Source of the DNA: an uncultured Gammaproteobacteria bacterium
GTDB taxonomy: Bacteria > Patescibacteriota > Microgenomatia > UBA8517
DNA: 64,000 bases
Direction: 5' to 3'
NCBI GenBank assembly: GCA_964427735.1
Contig: CAYRUS010000001.1
Span: 537,373-601,372, forward strand
Positions 1-9,971 of the stretch are shown piece by piece. The notes under the pieces were generated by a model. The model was not told the origin of the DNA. It did no database searches and saw nothing but the letters and a program-made list of their open reading frames with translations. A program made the translations under genes and the position numbers. The first letter of the stretch is position 1. Every line of letters begins with the position of its first letter.

Positions 1-338
1 CATCTACTTTGGAGCGTGTACCAAAATATTCTTCAAAAGTTACTGGAGCTAGTTGAGTATGTCTATCTCCTAACGATGAGTAAACTGTTTCGCAGTCTTC
101 CATGCCCAAAATACTACTTAATCTTTCTGCAAGATCTCCTCTTAATGTTCCATCAATAGAGTGAAGTAAAGTACCAGAATGAAGAACATATCTACCTTCA
201 CGGGCTAGTTGTCTGTTTAAATTTAAACTCCAATGAAGCTTGCTTACAATATCTAGAGATTGATTCTCTAATAAAAGATCAAATCCGGATTCATATAAAT
301 TAGCATCTTTACTACTTGGCTTGTTTTGTTCAACCATT
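1..338 (-). CDS. hypothetical protein, 5' part only (gene runs off window start); lies immediately downstream of the disrupted HTH gene on the same strand
   Basis: Manual translation of the minus strand from the ATG near 336-338 gives MVEQNKPSSKDANLYESGFDLLLENQSL...HSGTLLHSIDGTLRG..., open to position 1. No recognisable catalytic motif. Confidence 0.4.
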
Positions 339-436
339 GGGGGATTTTACCACCAAGATATTATAGGGTCAAACTTGTATGGAGCTGTATTGAACAATAA
401 GAGGTGGGGCGTTAGTCCATACGATTTGTGTTGGTA

Positions 437-949
437 CTATTTAAAATGAATATAAAGTTTTGCATCTAGAGCCTTAGCTAATTTTTCGAGAAACATTATT
501 GAGGGGTTAGCACGTCCAGACTCGATTCTTGCTATTGCAGATTATTTTGTTCCTGCTTTTTCTGCTTCCATTTTTAAGAGTTTTTCTCTTATCTTATTAG
601 CTTCTTCTATTAGTCGCTCATATTCTTCCCTTTTAGTCTGTGGCAAGCTAGGATTAGGATGTCCACCTAATGTTCTTAATGAATTAATTTCGTTGCGTGT
701 CAGCATGTGGCCTGTTCTTTCTTTTATTAGTTTTATTGTATGATGTAATCTTTGCTGGTAATTTCTTCTGCTGTCCCTTATATAAGGGACACCCCAACTG
801 TTTAATTTGTCAAGGTCAGGGTGTTCCATGTTTTGAATAGCACTATAATCGCCTCTTACGATACTCAATAAAGCTTCCAAGGGCCAATTAGAAAATTCTC
901 TTAAATAGTCCTGGTAATCCTGTTCTCTGAATGCAGAGTTCTCACTCAT
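437..949 (-). pseudogene. XRE-family helix-turn-helix domain protein (C-terminal HTH) interrupted by an in-frame TAA at 542-544
   Basis: ORF-track ORF 542..949 ends at a TAA. The same frame continues to a TAG at 437-439. Codons 539..440 encode SAIARIESGRANPSIMFLEKLAKALDAKLYIHFK. Together with the upstream ...AEKAGTK this reconstitutes helix 2/3 of an XRE HTH (cf. LAEKAGVSQSTISRIERG..NPSLETLLKLAKAL). The stop sits where Gln is usual, so CAA->TAA is the likely change. Confidence 0.5.
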
Positions 950-1152
950 GCCTTATTTTAACTTGAATAAATATAATTTTCCATTAAGTAGTAGTTTTTT
1001 AATATTTGAAGACACTCTTGATAAGACAACTCAAGGGAAAGCAATTTAGGGTTTTGAAAAGTTAGAGGTGTGAAGCTGATTTACCCGACGGATGTGTAAA
1101 TATCTTATACAGACATACAACTTTGGAAAATCAATGGTAGAATACATTAAAT

Positions 1153-1929
1153 ATGTCAGACGAAAAGCCTTCGAAAAACAAATCTACTTTTTCGTGGGAA
1201 GTACAAAGACTAAGATTTACAGCTTTCCCCTTGTCCAATGAAATATCTACCAATGGAGACTTACTGTGGAAAAATATTAAGGAATTCGAACTTGAAAGGA
1301 GAGAAGATAATCCCAAATTGGGAGAGAAAGTGTGGATAGGATCAAAAAAAGAGCAAAAATTAATCCTCAAGGTACATTTAGTAAAAATAGATTTGATCCT
1401 AGAACCAAAAGAACCTATATTAATCTCCCCGCCAGAGCTAAATATGTTGGGGGATCTGGAACCATCTGTTGACACATTTAAAAAAATTATTGATCAATTC
1501 TTAAACAAAAGTGAGTCATTGCCTAACTTAACAAGAATTGCTTTTGGTGCATCATTGTTTAAATCTGTATCTGACCGCGAGGAGGGTTATCAAATTCTTT
1601 CTAAATTATTACCATTTACAATTGATAGTAAAAATACCTATGATTTTAATTTACAGATTAATAAGCCTACAAAGTCGAGTACATTAAATGGGCTTCTTAT
1701 AAACAGACTCACAAAATGGGGAGTTTTGAATGCAAAAGCAGAATTAGTCTCGAGTGCCAACCCAGATAATATTGTCCACTTTTCAGAAAAATGGTTAAAT
1801 CATTTAGAGTTAGATATTAATACAGACAAAGATCATACTGATTCTTTTGATCCAAAAAAAATAAATGATCTATTTCGAGAACTTGTGAATAAGGGTCTCG
1901 ATATTGCAAAAACAGGCTTGCCAAAATAA
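1153..1929 (+). CDS. hypothetical protein, gene 1 of a tightly coupled 3-gene cassette
   Basis: 258-aa ORF. The stop is 2 nt before the next start. No recognisable motif. Divergent from the HTH pseudogene. Confidence 0.55.
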   Translation: MSDEKPSKNKSTFSWEVQRLRFTAFPLSNEISTNGDLLWKNIKEFELERREDNPKLGEKVWIGSKKEQKLILKVHLVKIDLILEPKEPILISPPELNMLGDLEPSVDTFKKIIDQFLNKSESLPNLTRIAFGASLFKSVSDREEGYQILSKLLPFTIDSKNTYDFNLQINKPTKSSTLNGLLINRLTKWGVLNAKAELVSSANPDNIVHFSEKWLNHLELDINTDKDHTDSFDPKKINDLFRELVNKGLDIAKTGLPK

Positions 1930-1931
1930 CA

Positions 1932-2498
1932 ATGGATGGATTACAAACTGCAGCAACTTCAGAAAATTTTGATTTTTCAGATATAATCATAAATTCCCGT
2001 CTTGTTTATGGGCTTTACGAATTCAAAAGTGTGGGGACCGCAACAGATACTCCATTACCTCAAGATCCAAGATTAGATAAAAACTCTACAGAATTAGAGT
2101 TTCAGGGAACTTTAATTCTCTCTAATTTAACATCTGCAGATACATTTGGTGTAAAAGCAGCAGACTTTCTACAGGAATTTATATCAGAGAATGGTAAATT
2201 AGATGATTACAAAGAAGTATTAAGTTTTATTCGCAATAATGAACATTTAATTATTGAAATAAAATATGCTATAAATCAAGTTAAGGCTGAATTATCGAGA
2301 TATGATATAGAATATCAACTTAAGTTAGCAGTCCACACTGACACAGAACAGAGTAGCTTGAAGACGATATTTTTATTAATAGTAGGCGATTTCACGCCAA
2401 AAAAAGCTTTCGCCCTGTTGCAGTCATTGGATGAAAGCCTATCATTAAAGATAAGTGATATTTCTAAATTCAACTTAAACGTAGAGTTTACAGACTGA
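1932..2498 (+). CDS. hypothetical protein, gene 2 of the cassette
   Basis: 188-aa ORF. The stop is 1 nt before the next start, suggesting translational coupling. Confidence 0.55.
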   Translation: MDGLQTAATSENFDFSDIIINSRLVYGLYEFKSVGTATDTPLPQDPRLDKNSTELEFQGTLILSNLTSADTFGVKAADFLQEFISENGKLDDYKEVLSFIRNNEHLIIEIKYAINQVKAELSRYDIEYQLKLAVHTDTEQSSLKTIFLLIVGDFTPKKAFALLQSLDESLSLKISDISKFNLNVEFTD

Positions 2499-2499
2499 C

Positions 2500-2847
2500 A
2501 TGTTTGAATGGAAAGACTATTTAAAATTAGCGAAAGTATTGGCAAGCAGTAAGAAAGAATCTCGATTACGCTCTTCTGTCAGTCGTGCTTACTATGCTGC
2601 TTTTTGCAGTGCTAGAAATCATGCAGGTTCTAACGGATATCAAATTAAAAATACTGCAGCAGATCATTATGGAGTAGAAAAGTTCTACTCAAATCGAGTT
2701 ATATCATATCCCCAAGTGGGAACTAATTTAAGTAGACTTAGAGTTGCCAGAAATATGTGCGATTACGACGAAACTGTTAAAGGACTGTCGTCTAAAACAA
2801 GACTTTCTATAATGCAAGCCGAATCTATATTATCTATAACCACATAA
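2500..2847 (+). CDS. small all-alpha protein, tentatively HEPN-like (gene 3 of the cassette)
   Basis: 115-aa ORF. The segment RSSVSRAYYAAFCSARNHAGSNGY resembles the R...YYA.F / Rx(n)H helical signature of small HEPN families. The assignment is tentative. Confidence 0.4.
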   Translation: MFEWKDYLKLAKVLASSKKESRLRSSVSRAYYAAFCSARNHAGSNGYQIKNTAADHYGVEKFYSNRVISYPQVGTNLSRLRVARNMCDYDETVKGLSSKTRLSIMQAESILSITT

Positions 2848-3020
2848 GCTCACATATCTACTCAATTTTCCCAAATTTTAATTTCTCTAATATCAATTTT
2901 ATACCCCAGCTTTAGTTCGATTATCTTGTTCATACAACATTTGGTAATCTTCTGTTATAGTTTCTCGTGCCTTGTTCCAAAGGGAGACATTTTCTGCTTT
3001 AATCAGTTCGACTTCTATTT

Positions 3021-3746
3021 TCATATTATTTCTTTACCGGATGCCCACCAGTCTTCAAACTTTTTTATTACCCCTTCAGTTTTATCCTCCAATCGGTGAA
3101 CCATAAAATCTCTTTTCCCTATGGTGTTGATTGATGCTCCAAGGCTATAAACACTTCTCTTGTCAATAATTATATATCGGTCATGCGATGATTTATCTTC
3201 TTTTGCTTCTACAAGATTATTCTTCTCTCTGAGTGCCAAATAAAGTCTTTTAAAAATTGGTTTCTCGCCATTCGTGATGAGTTTTACTGAAACACTGGTA
3301 GGTATTACATCGAGGAAGTCAAAGACTACTTCATCTAGATAGCCGTCAACAATATAGACACTCTCTATTGCTGCTTTTAGTATGCTAGTTAATAATCGAT
3401 AAGCATCATATTTTTGTGTGGCTGTAAAAGAATACTCGTTCGCAACTATGGAAACGCTGTGGTGTTTACCGCTTATATCTTCAAGTTTTAATACCAATTC
3501 TTGGAGTTTTTGCTTTTCCTTCACACCTGCATAACTTTGAGACGGATATTTAGCATGCCACTGATACCCTCGCTCGTGTTCCCAACGATCTAACAAGCGC
3601 CATTCGTCTGTGTCTTTTTGATATATCTCCTTAGCTTCTCTAATTGAATCAGCAAAAAAATCTTCGGCCTCTTGTCCTTTTATAACACCCTTCTCAATCC
3701 GCGTTACTTGTTCATTAATCTTAGTTATTAGATCTTCAATTCCCAT
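3021..3746 (-). CDS. PLD-family (Nuc/BfiI-like) nuclease, candidate restriction endonuclease
   Basis: 241 aa. HDRYIIIDKRSVYSLGASINT matches the HxK(R)xxxxD x6-7 G(S)xN PLD motif (cf. Nuc HAKVMVIDGETVYTGSANFT). It lies immediately downstream of and overlapping the methyltransferase gene (3746/3748). Confidence 0.5.
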   Translation of the reverse strand: MGIEDLITKINEQVTRIEKGVIKGQEAEDFFADSIREAKEIYQKDTDEWRLLDRWEHERGYQWHAKYPSQSYAGVKEKQKLQELVLKLEDISGKHHSVSIVANEYSFTATQKYDAYRLLTSILKAAIESVYIVDGYLDEVVFDFLDVIPTSVSVKLITNGEKPIFKRLYLALREKNNLVEAKEDKSSHDRYIIIDKRSVYSLGASINTIGKRDFMVHRLEDKTEGVIKKFEDWWASGKEII

Positions 3747-3747
3747 T

Positions 3748-4860
3748 TTACTTTTTGATTTTTTTGTGTCTAATCAATATTCTGCTATATAGTCTTTTGC
3801 CATTTAAATAAGCTCTATCGATTTTCCCCTTCCAATCAGAATTAACAAGTTCTGGAAAAAAGCCTTGTTTTATATCATAATCGCTCCCAATGATTTCGAA
3901 CTGGTTTGGATTGTATTTATTTAGAAATGTTATCGGAACACCCATGACATCATCATAGTCCATTGGGATGTCTGCATATTTTGGAACTTCAATTGCATGG
4001 TAATTGTCGTATTCTGGAAACTCATCAGGTGAATACTTTTTATATAGCGTGAGTTCTTCGTGGCGTTTTGTTGTATCGAGATTGGTATACCACAATATTC
4101 TTCCCATGCTGAAGTATTTGACACCGTCCAGGATTTTTTTCCTAGATTCAGTCGGGATATCGTAATCCATTGGAACCTGAAACCATTTTGTTCCACCATT
4201 GTCGTAACCGAACCATAATTTGTTTCCTTTGATAAACTTAAATATTTCTTTGTAAGTAATGGCGTTTTGGTCACCGAGTATCAGAAATTTTTTGTCATAT
4301 TCGATTAATTGGGCGACGTATTCGCGGAATAAACTAAACGGTGGGTTGGTGACTACAATATCGGCTTGTTTAAGGAGTTCAATGCTTTCCTTACTTCTGA
4401 AGTCTCCATCACCAACTAGTGGAGTCCACTCATTATTTTTGTTTTGCTTAAGCTGCTCTGCAATATCTTTTAAGTCAAAAGCACCATCACCATTAATGTC
4501 TGTTACCTCATTTAAGATAAATTTGTTTGCAGTTGCCTTTGGACGTCCCTTTTGCTTTATAGCTTTTCCATTCCCAAAAAGTTCAAGCTGAGTATTTGCA
4601 ACAGGAGATGGTTTGTAGCTTGTTGTAATTAATTGTTTTAAACCTAATTTGTTGAAATTTAAAGTAAAATACTGAAAAAAGTTACTCTCATATGGATCAT
4701 CACAATTGCAGTAAACTACTTTGCCTTTGAATTGGTCTTTGTAGTGTTTTAGCTCCTTTTCTATGTCTGTAAGTTGAGTATAGAATTCATCCTTTTTTGC
4801 CTTGTTGGCTTTGTGGAGGTTTGAATTAAGAGGCTTTTTACTCATTTTACTGTAAACCAA
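3748..4860 (-). CDS. N6-adenine-specific DNA methyltransferase (EcoRI-methylase family)
   Basis: 370 aa. It carries the N-terminal DEFYTQ motif and the catalytic VVTNPPFS (NPPF) motif typical of EcoRI-like gamma/beta-class adenine MTases. Confidence 0.8.
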   Translation of the reverse strand: MVYSKMSKKPLNSNLHKANKAKKDEFYTQLTDIEKELKHYKDQFKGKVVYCNCDDPYESNFFQYFTLNFNKLGLKQLITTSYKPSPVANTQLELFGNGKAIKQKGRPKATANKFILNEVTDINGDGAFDLKDIAEQLKQNKNNEWTPLVGDGDFRSKESIELLKQADIVVTNPPFSLFREYVAQLIEYDKKFLILGDQNAITYKEIFKFIKGNKLWFGYDNGGTKWFQVPMDYDIPTESRKKILDGVKYFSMGRILWYTNLDTTKRHEELTLYKKYSPDEFPEYDNYHAIEVPKYADIPMDYDDVMGVPITFLNKYNPNQFEIIGSDYDIKQGFFPELVNSDWKGKIDRAYLNGKRLYSRILIRHKKIKK

Positions 4861-4964
4861 AATGCTTAACTTGTTTTGCCTATTTTACAACCTATTGCCT
4901 CAGTTTGCCACAGTTATGGGCTTTGAAAATGGGTAATAAACCTCTTCTCTTCACACTTATAAAT

Positions 4965-5849
4965 TCATCCGATCAAGCTATTCTGGAATCTTTTAAGAAC
5001 AATTGAAGAAAAATCACTAGAATTAAAAAATGCCTGCTTTAAACTAACCTTTTTATTTTTCATATTCCTCAAAAATGCATATTGAATATGATAAGAAATT
5101 TTATTAAATGCTTTAAAAAATGAATTTACTAGTTCAGAGCTATAGCCTTTTTTAGGTTCCTTCTCAACAAAAACCCTTTCTGCTAAAGCATTTGGAAAAA
5201 ACTTTTGATACCACTTATTTTTTGAAATAAGCTTCTCATAAGAATGGTTTTTATCAACAAGCGGTGTGATTTGAACAAACTCATGAGCGGCAATTAAGTC
5301 TTTCCTCTTCCAAGTTAAGTTGTCTTCTTCTAACCATACTTTTACGGACAATTGTTGAGATGAATCAGAATTTCTTCTTTTTGTAAAGAAATTAAATAAC
5401 TCTAGAATAATTAGAGAAAACGCTCTAGTTGTCCAAAGCGAGCCTTTTTTTGTAGTAACAATTAAATCAACTTTGTCTGCATCAATTATCCCTACAGAAT
5501 TTAAGACTGCAACCATCTCAACTGATGGCACAAATGACAATAAATGTGCAGCCTTTTTGGCTTTCTTTAAGCCCTTTTTTATAGATTTTTGTCTTAATTT
5601 TCTAATTACATGAAGTTTTTTACCTTTATTAAGGTATATATATCCCTTGTCTGTAAACACTTCCACTACACTAAACTCTTTGCCTTTTAGTAAAGTCTCT
5701 ACATAATCCTCTGAAATACGCCATTTAAAAAGTTCCTGCAAAGTAAGCGGGTGGTCAAACATATCATGATAAACAAGAGTTGCGTATTCACCCAAACTCA
5801 TTGAGAGACGCATCTCTTGTGAAGAATCTTCTAGATACAATAGTGGCAT
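4965..5849 (-). CDS. hypothetical protein
   Basis: 294-aa ORF with a Lys-rich central segment and no recognised motif. Confidence 0.45.
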   Translation of the reverse strand: MPLLYLEDSSQEMRLSMSLGEYATLVYHDMFDHPLTLQELFKWRISEDYVETLLKGKEFSVVEVFTDKGYIYLNKGKKLHVIRKLRQKSIKKGLKKAKKAAHLLSFVPSVEMVAVLNSVGIIDADKVDLIVTTKKGSLWTTRAFSLIILELFNFFTKRRNSDSSQQLSVKVWLEEDNLTWKRKDLIAAHEFVQITPLVDKNHSYEKLISKNKWYQKFFPNALAERVFVEKEPKKGYSSELVNSFFKAFNKISYHIQYAFLRNMKNKKVSLKQAFFNSSDFSSIVLKRFQNSLIG

Positions 5850-5919
5850 ATTAGCTAAACTCTACACTCTCTAGATGTATTTTATCAAATAGATTTGTGT
5901 AAACATTGTGCAATAAGTT

Positions 5920-7449
5920 CTAATTAGTCACTCCATATTGAGATAAAACCTCTTTAATGCCTTGGTCTAAAGTTATCAGAACTTCCTCTTCTACTGATTT
6001 ATCAGTTATAGAATTTATGGCATCTTGATATAAAGTGCTAACTTGCGAGTTAATACCGGTTTCTCCATCATTTGTAAAACTTGCAAGATACCAGCTTTTT
6101 GCACTTGGTGCTTGAGAAATTAGAGGACCCAAATATGGATCATTAATAAGTTTTTCTCGCATATCAACTCTTGAATATGGTTTACCAATCATTTGTTGAC
6201 TAGCAAGTGTTTTATTCATTGTTTCTAATGCTTCAGCTGAGATAAGATATTTCATGAATTCCCAAGCTGCCTCTTTGTTTTTACTTTCATTCCAGACTCC
6301 ATGTGCCCAATAAGTAGCATAATTCACATCTGGATCACTTGGACTTTCTTTGGGTAGTTGTGGTACAGGAATAGTTCTAAACCTTAAGGAAGGATTCATT
6401 TCTTTTATGTCAGCTATTCTCCATGAAGGACCAAAATACATTGCTACTTTGCCGTTTGCAAACGCAGAAGTTGAGGGCGGCATGGTTTCATCCCAAACTT
6501 TATCTTCATTACTAAAAAGACTATAAAAAAGTAAAGCATCTTTTGCAAGAACTCCCTCTGCAGGAGCAGCAGGATTTGCATTATTTTGAACCATCATCAT
6601 AGCTACAATCTCCTCCCAATGATCGACATTAGAAGTTTCCCCTAAAGCAACACCAGATTGTATTATTGCTTCTTGCTCATCAATTTGAGTCAAAAGCCTA
6701 GCTGCTTCTCTTAGTTCGTCCCATGTGGTTGGTGCTGAAACTGCTGCATTTGCAAAAATATCCTCGTTTATAAACAAAACTATTCCGTCATATTCGAGAG
6801 GTAATCCAACTATATTTCCTCTAAGTGTTAAATCTCTTACAGCAACAGGATAAAATGTCTCTGCAAATTCAGCTGTCGAAATTACAGTATCTGGAACGGG
6901 ATTAAGATACGACTTAAACATAGATACCCAAGAATTGTGGAAAGGGAAAATATCTGGTCCTTCGCCTTTGGCTAGAGCATTAGTCAGTCTTTCCCTATAA
7001 TCAGTTGGTGATTGATTTACATATTTAATTTTTATATTTGGATGTTCATTTTCAAAAGCTGAGATAACAGGCTCAACCAATGATAAATCTTTATTTAGAC
7101 CCCACCAAGTAATCTCAACTTGTTCATTTGTTTGATTTGACCCTGACTTTATAATTTTCAATGCAGCGAAAAGTCCACCACCAATTAATGCAATTATCAA
7201 AATTATCAATAAAAACTTTTTAAAACCATTACCCTTTCCTTGATTTTGTGGAATATAATCCTGATTTGTTTGATAATTTGCTGGGTTTTGCTGAACAGAA
7301 TATACATCCTGCCCTTGCACTGTTTGAGGAGTATTTTCCGAGGTAGAAGAATAAATAGTTTGACCACTAGCATCATTCACATCTGACTGTGCAGAGGTGG
7401 ATGGGTTTTCAAGATCATTTGAGTTTGAGTTGTTATCTTCAGGCAGCAT
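5920..7449 (-). CDS. extracellular solute-binding protein (ABC-type, family 1-like), membrane-anchored with a low-complexity N-terminus
   Basis: 509 aa. It has an N-terminal S/N/Q-rich region plus a TM segment (LLIILIIALIGGGLFAALKII), then a periplasmic-binding-protein-like domain. No adjacent permease or ATPase is present. Confidence 0.55.
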   Translation of the reverse strand: MLPEDNNSNSNDLENPSTSAQSDVNDASGQTIYSSTSENTPQTVQGQDVYSVQQNPANYQTNQDYIPQNQGKGNGFKKFLLIILIIALIGGGLFAALKIIKSGSNQTNEQVEITWWGLNKDLSLVEPVISAFENEHPNIKIKYVNQSPTDYRERLTNALAKGEGPDIFPFHNSWVSMFKSYLNPVPDTVISTAEFAETFYPVAVRDLTLRGNIVGLPLEYDGIVLFINEDIFANAAVSAPTTWDELREAARLLTQIDEQEAIIQSGVALGETSNVDHWEEIVAMMMVQNNANPAAPAEGVLAKDALLFYSLFSNEDKVWDETMPPSTSAFANGKVAMYFGPSWRIADIKEMNPSLRFRTIPVPQLPKESPSDPDVNYATYWAHGVWNESKNKEAAWEFMKYLISAEALETMNKTLASQQMIGKPYSRVDMREKLINDPYLGPLISQAPSAKSWYLASFTNDGETGINSQVSTLYQDAINSITDKSVEEEVLITLDQGIKEVLSQYGVTN

Positions 7450-7500
7450 GTTTGTATCAAAAATACTTTGCTATCATGTTATCATATCTCTTAAGGACAG

Positions 7501-9273
7501 GTGAATATGAAATTCCCAAAGAGTATTAAAAAATTATTGACAAAAAATGTATATCTAAGAGTATTTATAATAATAGCTGCTTCAACAGCGTTAACCGCTA
7601 TTACTGCATTTATTTTATACTTAAACTTTTTTTCATCAAAGATATATCCAAATGTTTTTGTCGCCGGATATGATTTATCCTCTTTAAAACAAGATGAAGC
7701 AGTTGATTTGTTGAATAGCAATATAACCGCTCCTACTGAAATATCGACTAATGAAGTTAACTTTAAAATAAACTTAAGTAATGTTAATTTGGCTTATAAC
7801 ATTGAAAAATCTGTACAAAATGCTTATTTGATTGGTCGAGATGGAAATATATTGAAAAACTTTATTGTTGCTATAAAATCTTTTTATCAAAAAAACAATC
7901 TACCACTAGAATATTCTCTAGACAGTAGTGAACTCGAAGAAAATATTTTAGTTTTATCCGAACAAATATCTGTAGAACCCACTTATCCTTCTGTTAATTT
8001 AGAAAACAACACTATTAGTATAGACCCTGGACAGGCGGGAAAAATCTTGGACATTGAAAAGCTAAAAGAGGAAGTATATTCAAATATTTCCTTAAATAAA
8101 AACGACCCTGTTAATCTTACGCTTACGAATATTGACCCAAGCTGGACAGAGGAAGACCAAGCAAATATTAAAGTGCGTGCTGAGTTTTTGTTAGAAAAAG
8201 AAATGCAACTTGCATCAGACGATATTGATATTTCTTTAAAAGGAACAGACATTATTAAAACACTGGATAAAAATAACAGTTATAGCGACATAAGAATAGT
8301 TGAAATAATAGATGATATTCGCCCTCAAATTGAACAGGAAGCACAAAATCCTGTTTTTGTATTTGAAGACGGAATAGTCAATGAGTTTGCTCCTGCAAAA
8401 CAAGGTAGAAAAATAATAGAAGAGGAATTTATCTCAGAATTTAAACTTGCTTTAAGCCAACTTGAAAAAGATCAAAATATAGTTAACTTTGAAATTCCTT
8501 TAGCAACAACTGAGCCTGAATATACCTCTGATGAAGCCAATAGGCTTGGAATAAAAGAATTACTTGGAAAAGGAACCTCAAAATTTAGTGGATCAGCAAC
8601 TTCAAGAATACACAACATTGGTGTAGCTACCGCAAAATTTCATGGTTTGTTACTCGAACCCGGAGAAACAATGTCATTTAATGAAATATTAGGTGATGTA
8701 TCAACTTATTCCGGATACCAACAGGCTTATGTAATTAGAAATGGGCGTACTGTACTTGGTGATGGAGGCGGTGTTTGCCAAGTTTCAACTACCCTATTTC
8801 GTGCTTCACTTGAGGCTGGTTTGCCAATAGTTGAAAGACAAGCACATTCATATAGGGTAAGTTATTATGAACAAGACTCCCCACCTGGTCTTGATGCAAC
8901 TGTTTATGATCCTGCCCCTGATCTTAAGATTAAGAATGACACTCCTGGGCATATTTTAATCCAAGCTTACTTTAATCCTTCTGCTGCAACTTTGGCATTT
9001 GAAATTTATGGAACAGACGATGGGAGAGTCGCGACCTACACAACTCCTCAAATTTTATCTACTTCCCCACCTCCAGAAGATTTGTATGTTGATGATCCGA
9101 CATTACCAACAGGTCAAATTAAGCAAGTTGACTGGAAGGCTTCAGGAGCAAAAGTGCATTTTAAATACACAGTTACACGGAATGCTGAAACTATCTTTGA
9201 AAAAGATTTTTATTCTACATATAGACCGTGGCAATCAGTCTTTTTAAGAGGAACCGGACCTGCCCAAATATAA
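7501..9273 (+). CDS. VanW-family protein
   Basis: 590 aa with an N-terminal TM segment. The C-terminal YVIRNGRTVLGDGGGVCQVSTTLFRASLEAGLPIVERQAHS... is the VanW domain signature. Confidence 0.8.
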   Translation: MNMKFPKSIKKLLTKNVYLRVFIIIAASTALTAITAFILYLNFFSSKIYPNVFVAGYDLSSLKQDEAVDLLNSNITAPTEISTNEVNFKINLSNVNLAYNIEKSVQNAYLIGRDGNILKNFIVAIKSFYQKNNLPLEYSLDSSELEENILVLSEQISVEPTYPSVNLENNTISIDPGQAGKILDIEKLKEEVYSNISLNKNDPVNLTLTNIDPSWTEEDQANIKVRAEFLLEKEMQLASDDIDISLKGTDIIKTLDKNNSYSDIRIVEIIDDIRPQIEQEAQNPVFVFEDGIVNEFAPAKQGRKIIEEEFISEFKLALSQLEKDQNIVNFEIPLATTEPEYTSDEANRLGIKELLGKGTSKFSGSATSRIHNIGVATAKFHGLLLEPGETMSFNEILGDVSTYSGYQQAYVIRNGRTVLGDGGGVCQVSTTLFRASLEAGLPIVERQAHSYRVSYYEQDSPPGLDATVYDPAPDLKIKNDTPGHILIQAYFNPSAATLAFEIYGTDDGRVATYTTPQILSTSPPPEDLYVDDPTLPTGQIKQVDWKASGAKVHFKYTVTRNAETIFEKDFYSTYRPWQSVFLRGTGPAQI

Positions 9274-9318
9274 ATCTCTAATATCGCTTTTTAGAGATCT
9301 CTCGTTTAAACTATAAAA

Positions 9319-9909
9319 ATGGATCTACTATATATAATAGAGATACTTGAGCATCTGTTTGCAAGTTATAGTTTTGGGATTCCATTTGTCTCTAGTTTTA
9401 TTGAGATGTCACCTCTTGGGTGGCTTATGCCTGGAGGAACTCTTTTAGCATTTGCCGGGTTTTTTGCTTATGGAGAACAAATCCCACTATATATAGTATT
9501 AATGGGTGGTTGGACGGGAGGTCTTTCTGCCTTTATTTTTTCATATTTTCTAGGAAAAAAATCTGGACATAGATTAATCAAAATCTTTGGCCAAGAAAAA
9601 AATGCAGAAAAAGCAGATAAGTTACTAAAACAGCACGGACCAACAATAATGACAACATCGATGCTTTCTGCTTTAACTCGGTTTTGGGTTGCTTATCTTG
9701 CAGGTGCAAAAAGTTATCCTTTTTTAAAGTTTGTTTTTTATTCTACAATAGCTTCGCTTACATGGTCTTCGCTGATGGTTGTTGCGGGATTTCTTGCAGG
9801 AAGCGAAAGAGAACGCTTGGAAGAACTAATCGCACACACAGGAGTTATTTCTTGGCTAATTTTAATTGCACTTGTAATATTAGTTGTTAAGTCTCTTCGT
9901 AAGTCATAA
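9319..9909 (+). CDS. DedA/SNARE-associated family membrane protein
   Basis: 196 aa, multi-TM, with DedA-like glycine-rich segments (GGTLLAFAGFFAYGEQIP...). Confidence 0.65.
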   Translation: MDLLYIIEILEHLFASYSFGIPFVSSFIEMSPLGWLMPGGTLLAFAGFFAYGEQIPLYIVLMGGWTGGLSAFIFSYFLGKKSGHRLIKIFGQEKNAEKADKLLKQHGPTIMTTSMLSALTRFWVAYLAGAKSYPFLKFVFYSTIASLTWSSLMVVAGFLAGSERERLEELIAHTGVISWLILIALVILVVKSLRKS

Positions 9910-9971
9910 CTCTCTTTGATATAAACATACAAAATTAACTATATAAGCTCGAGTAGTGATACAATTTAACT

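Noticed and set aside
4259-4591. Antisense ORFs inside the methyltransferase gene (4259..4591 +, 3930..4274 -)
   Set aside because: Low-complexity translations fully embedded in a well-supported gene on the opposite strand or in another frame. These are typical AT-rich spurious ORFs. The same applies to 7983..8252, 12641..13277, 13653..14009, 15439..15953, 25779..26200, 27023..27853, 29393..31307, 32094..33111, 35644..35862, 36782..37232, 39449..40085, 42189..42649, 46595..47035, 48073..48255, 49024..50235, 51921..52658, 54384..54680 and 61443..62524.
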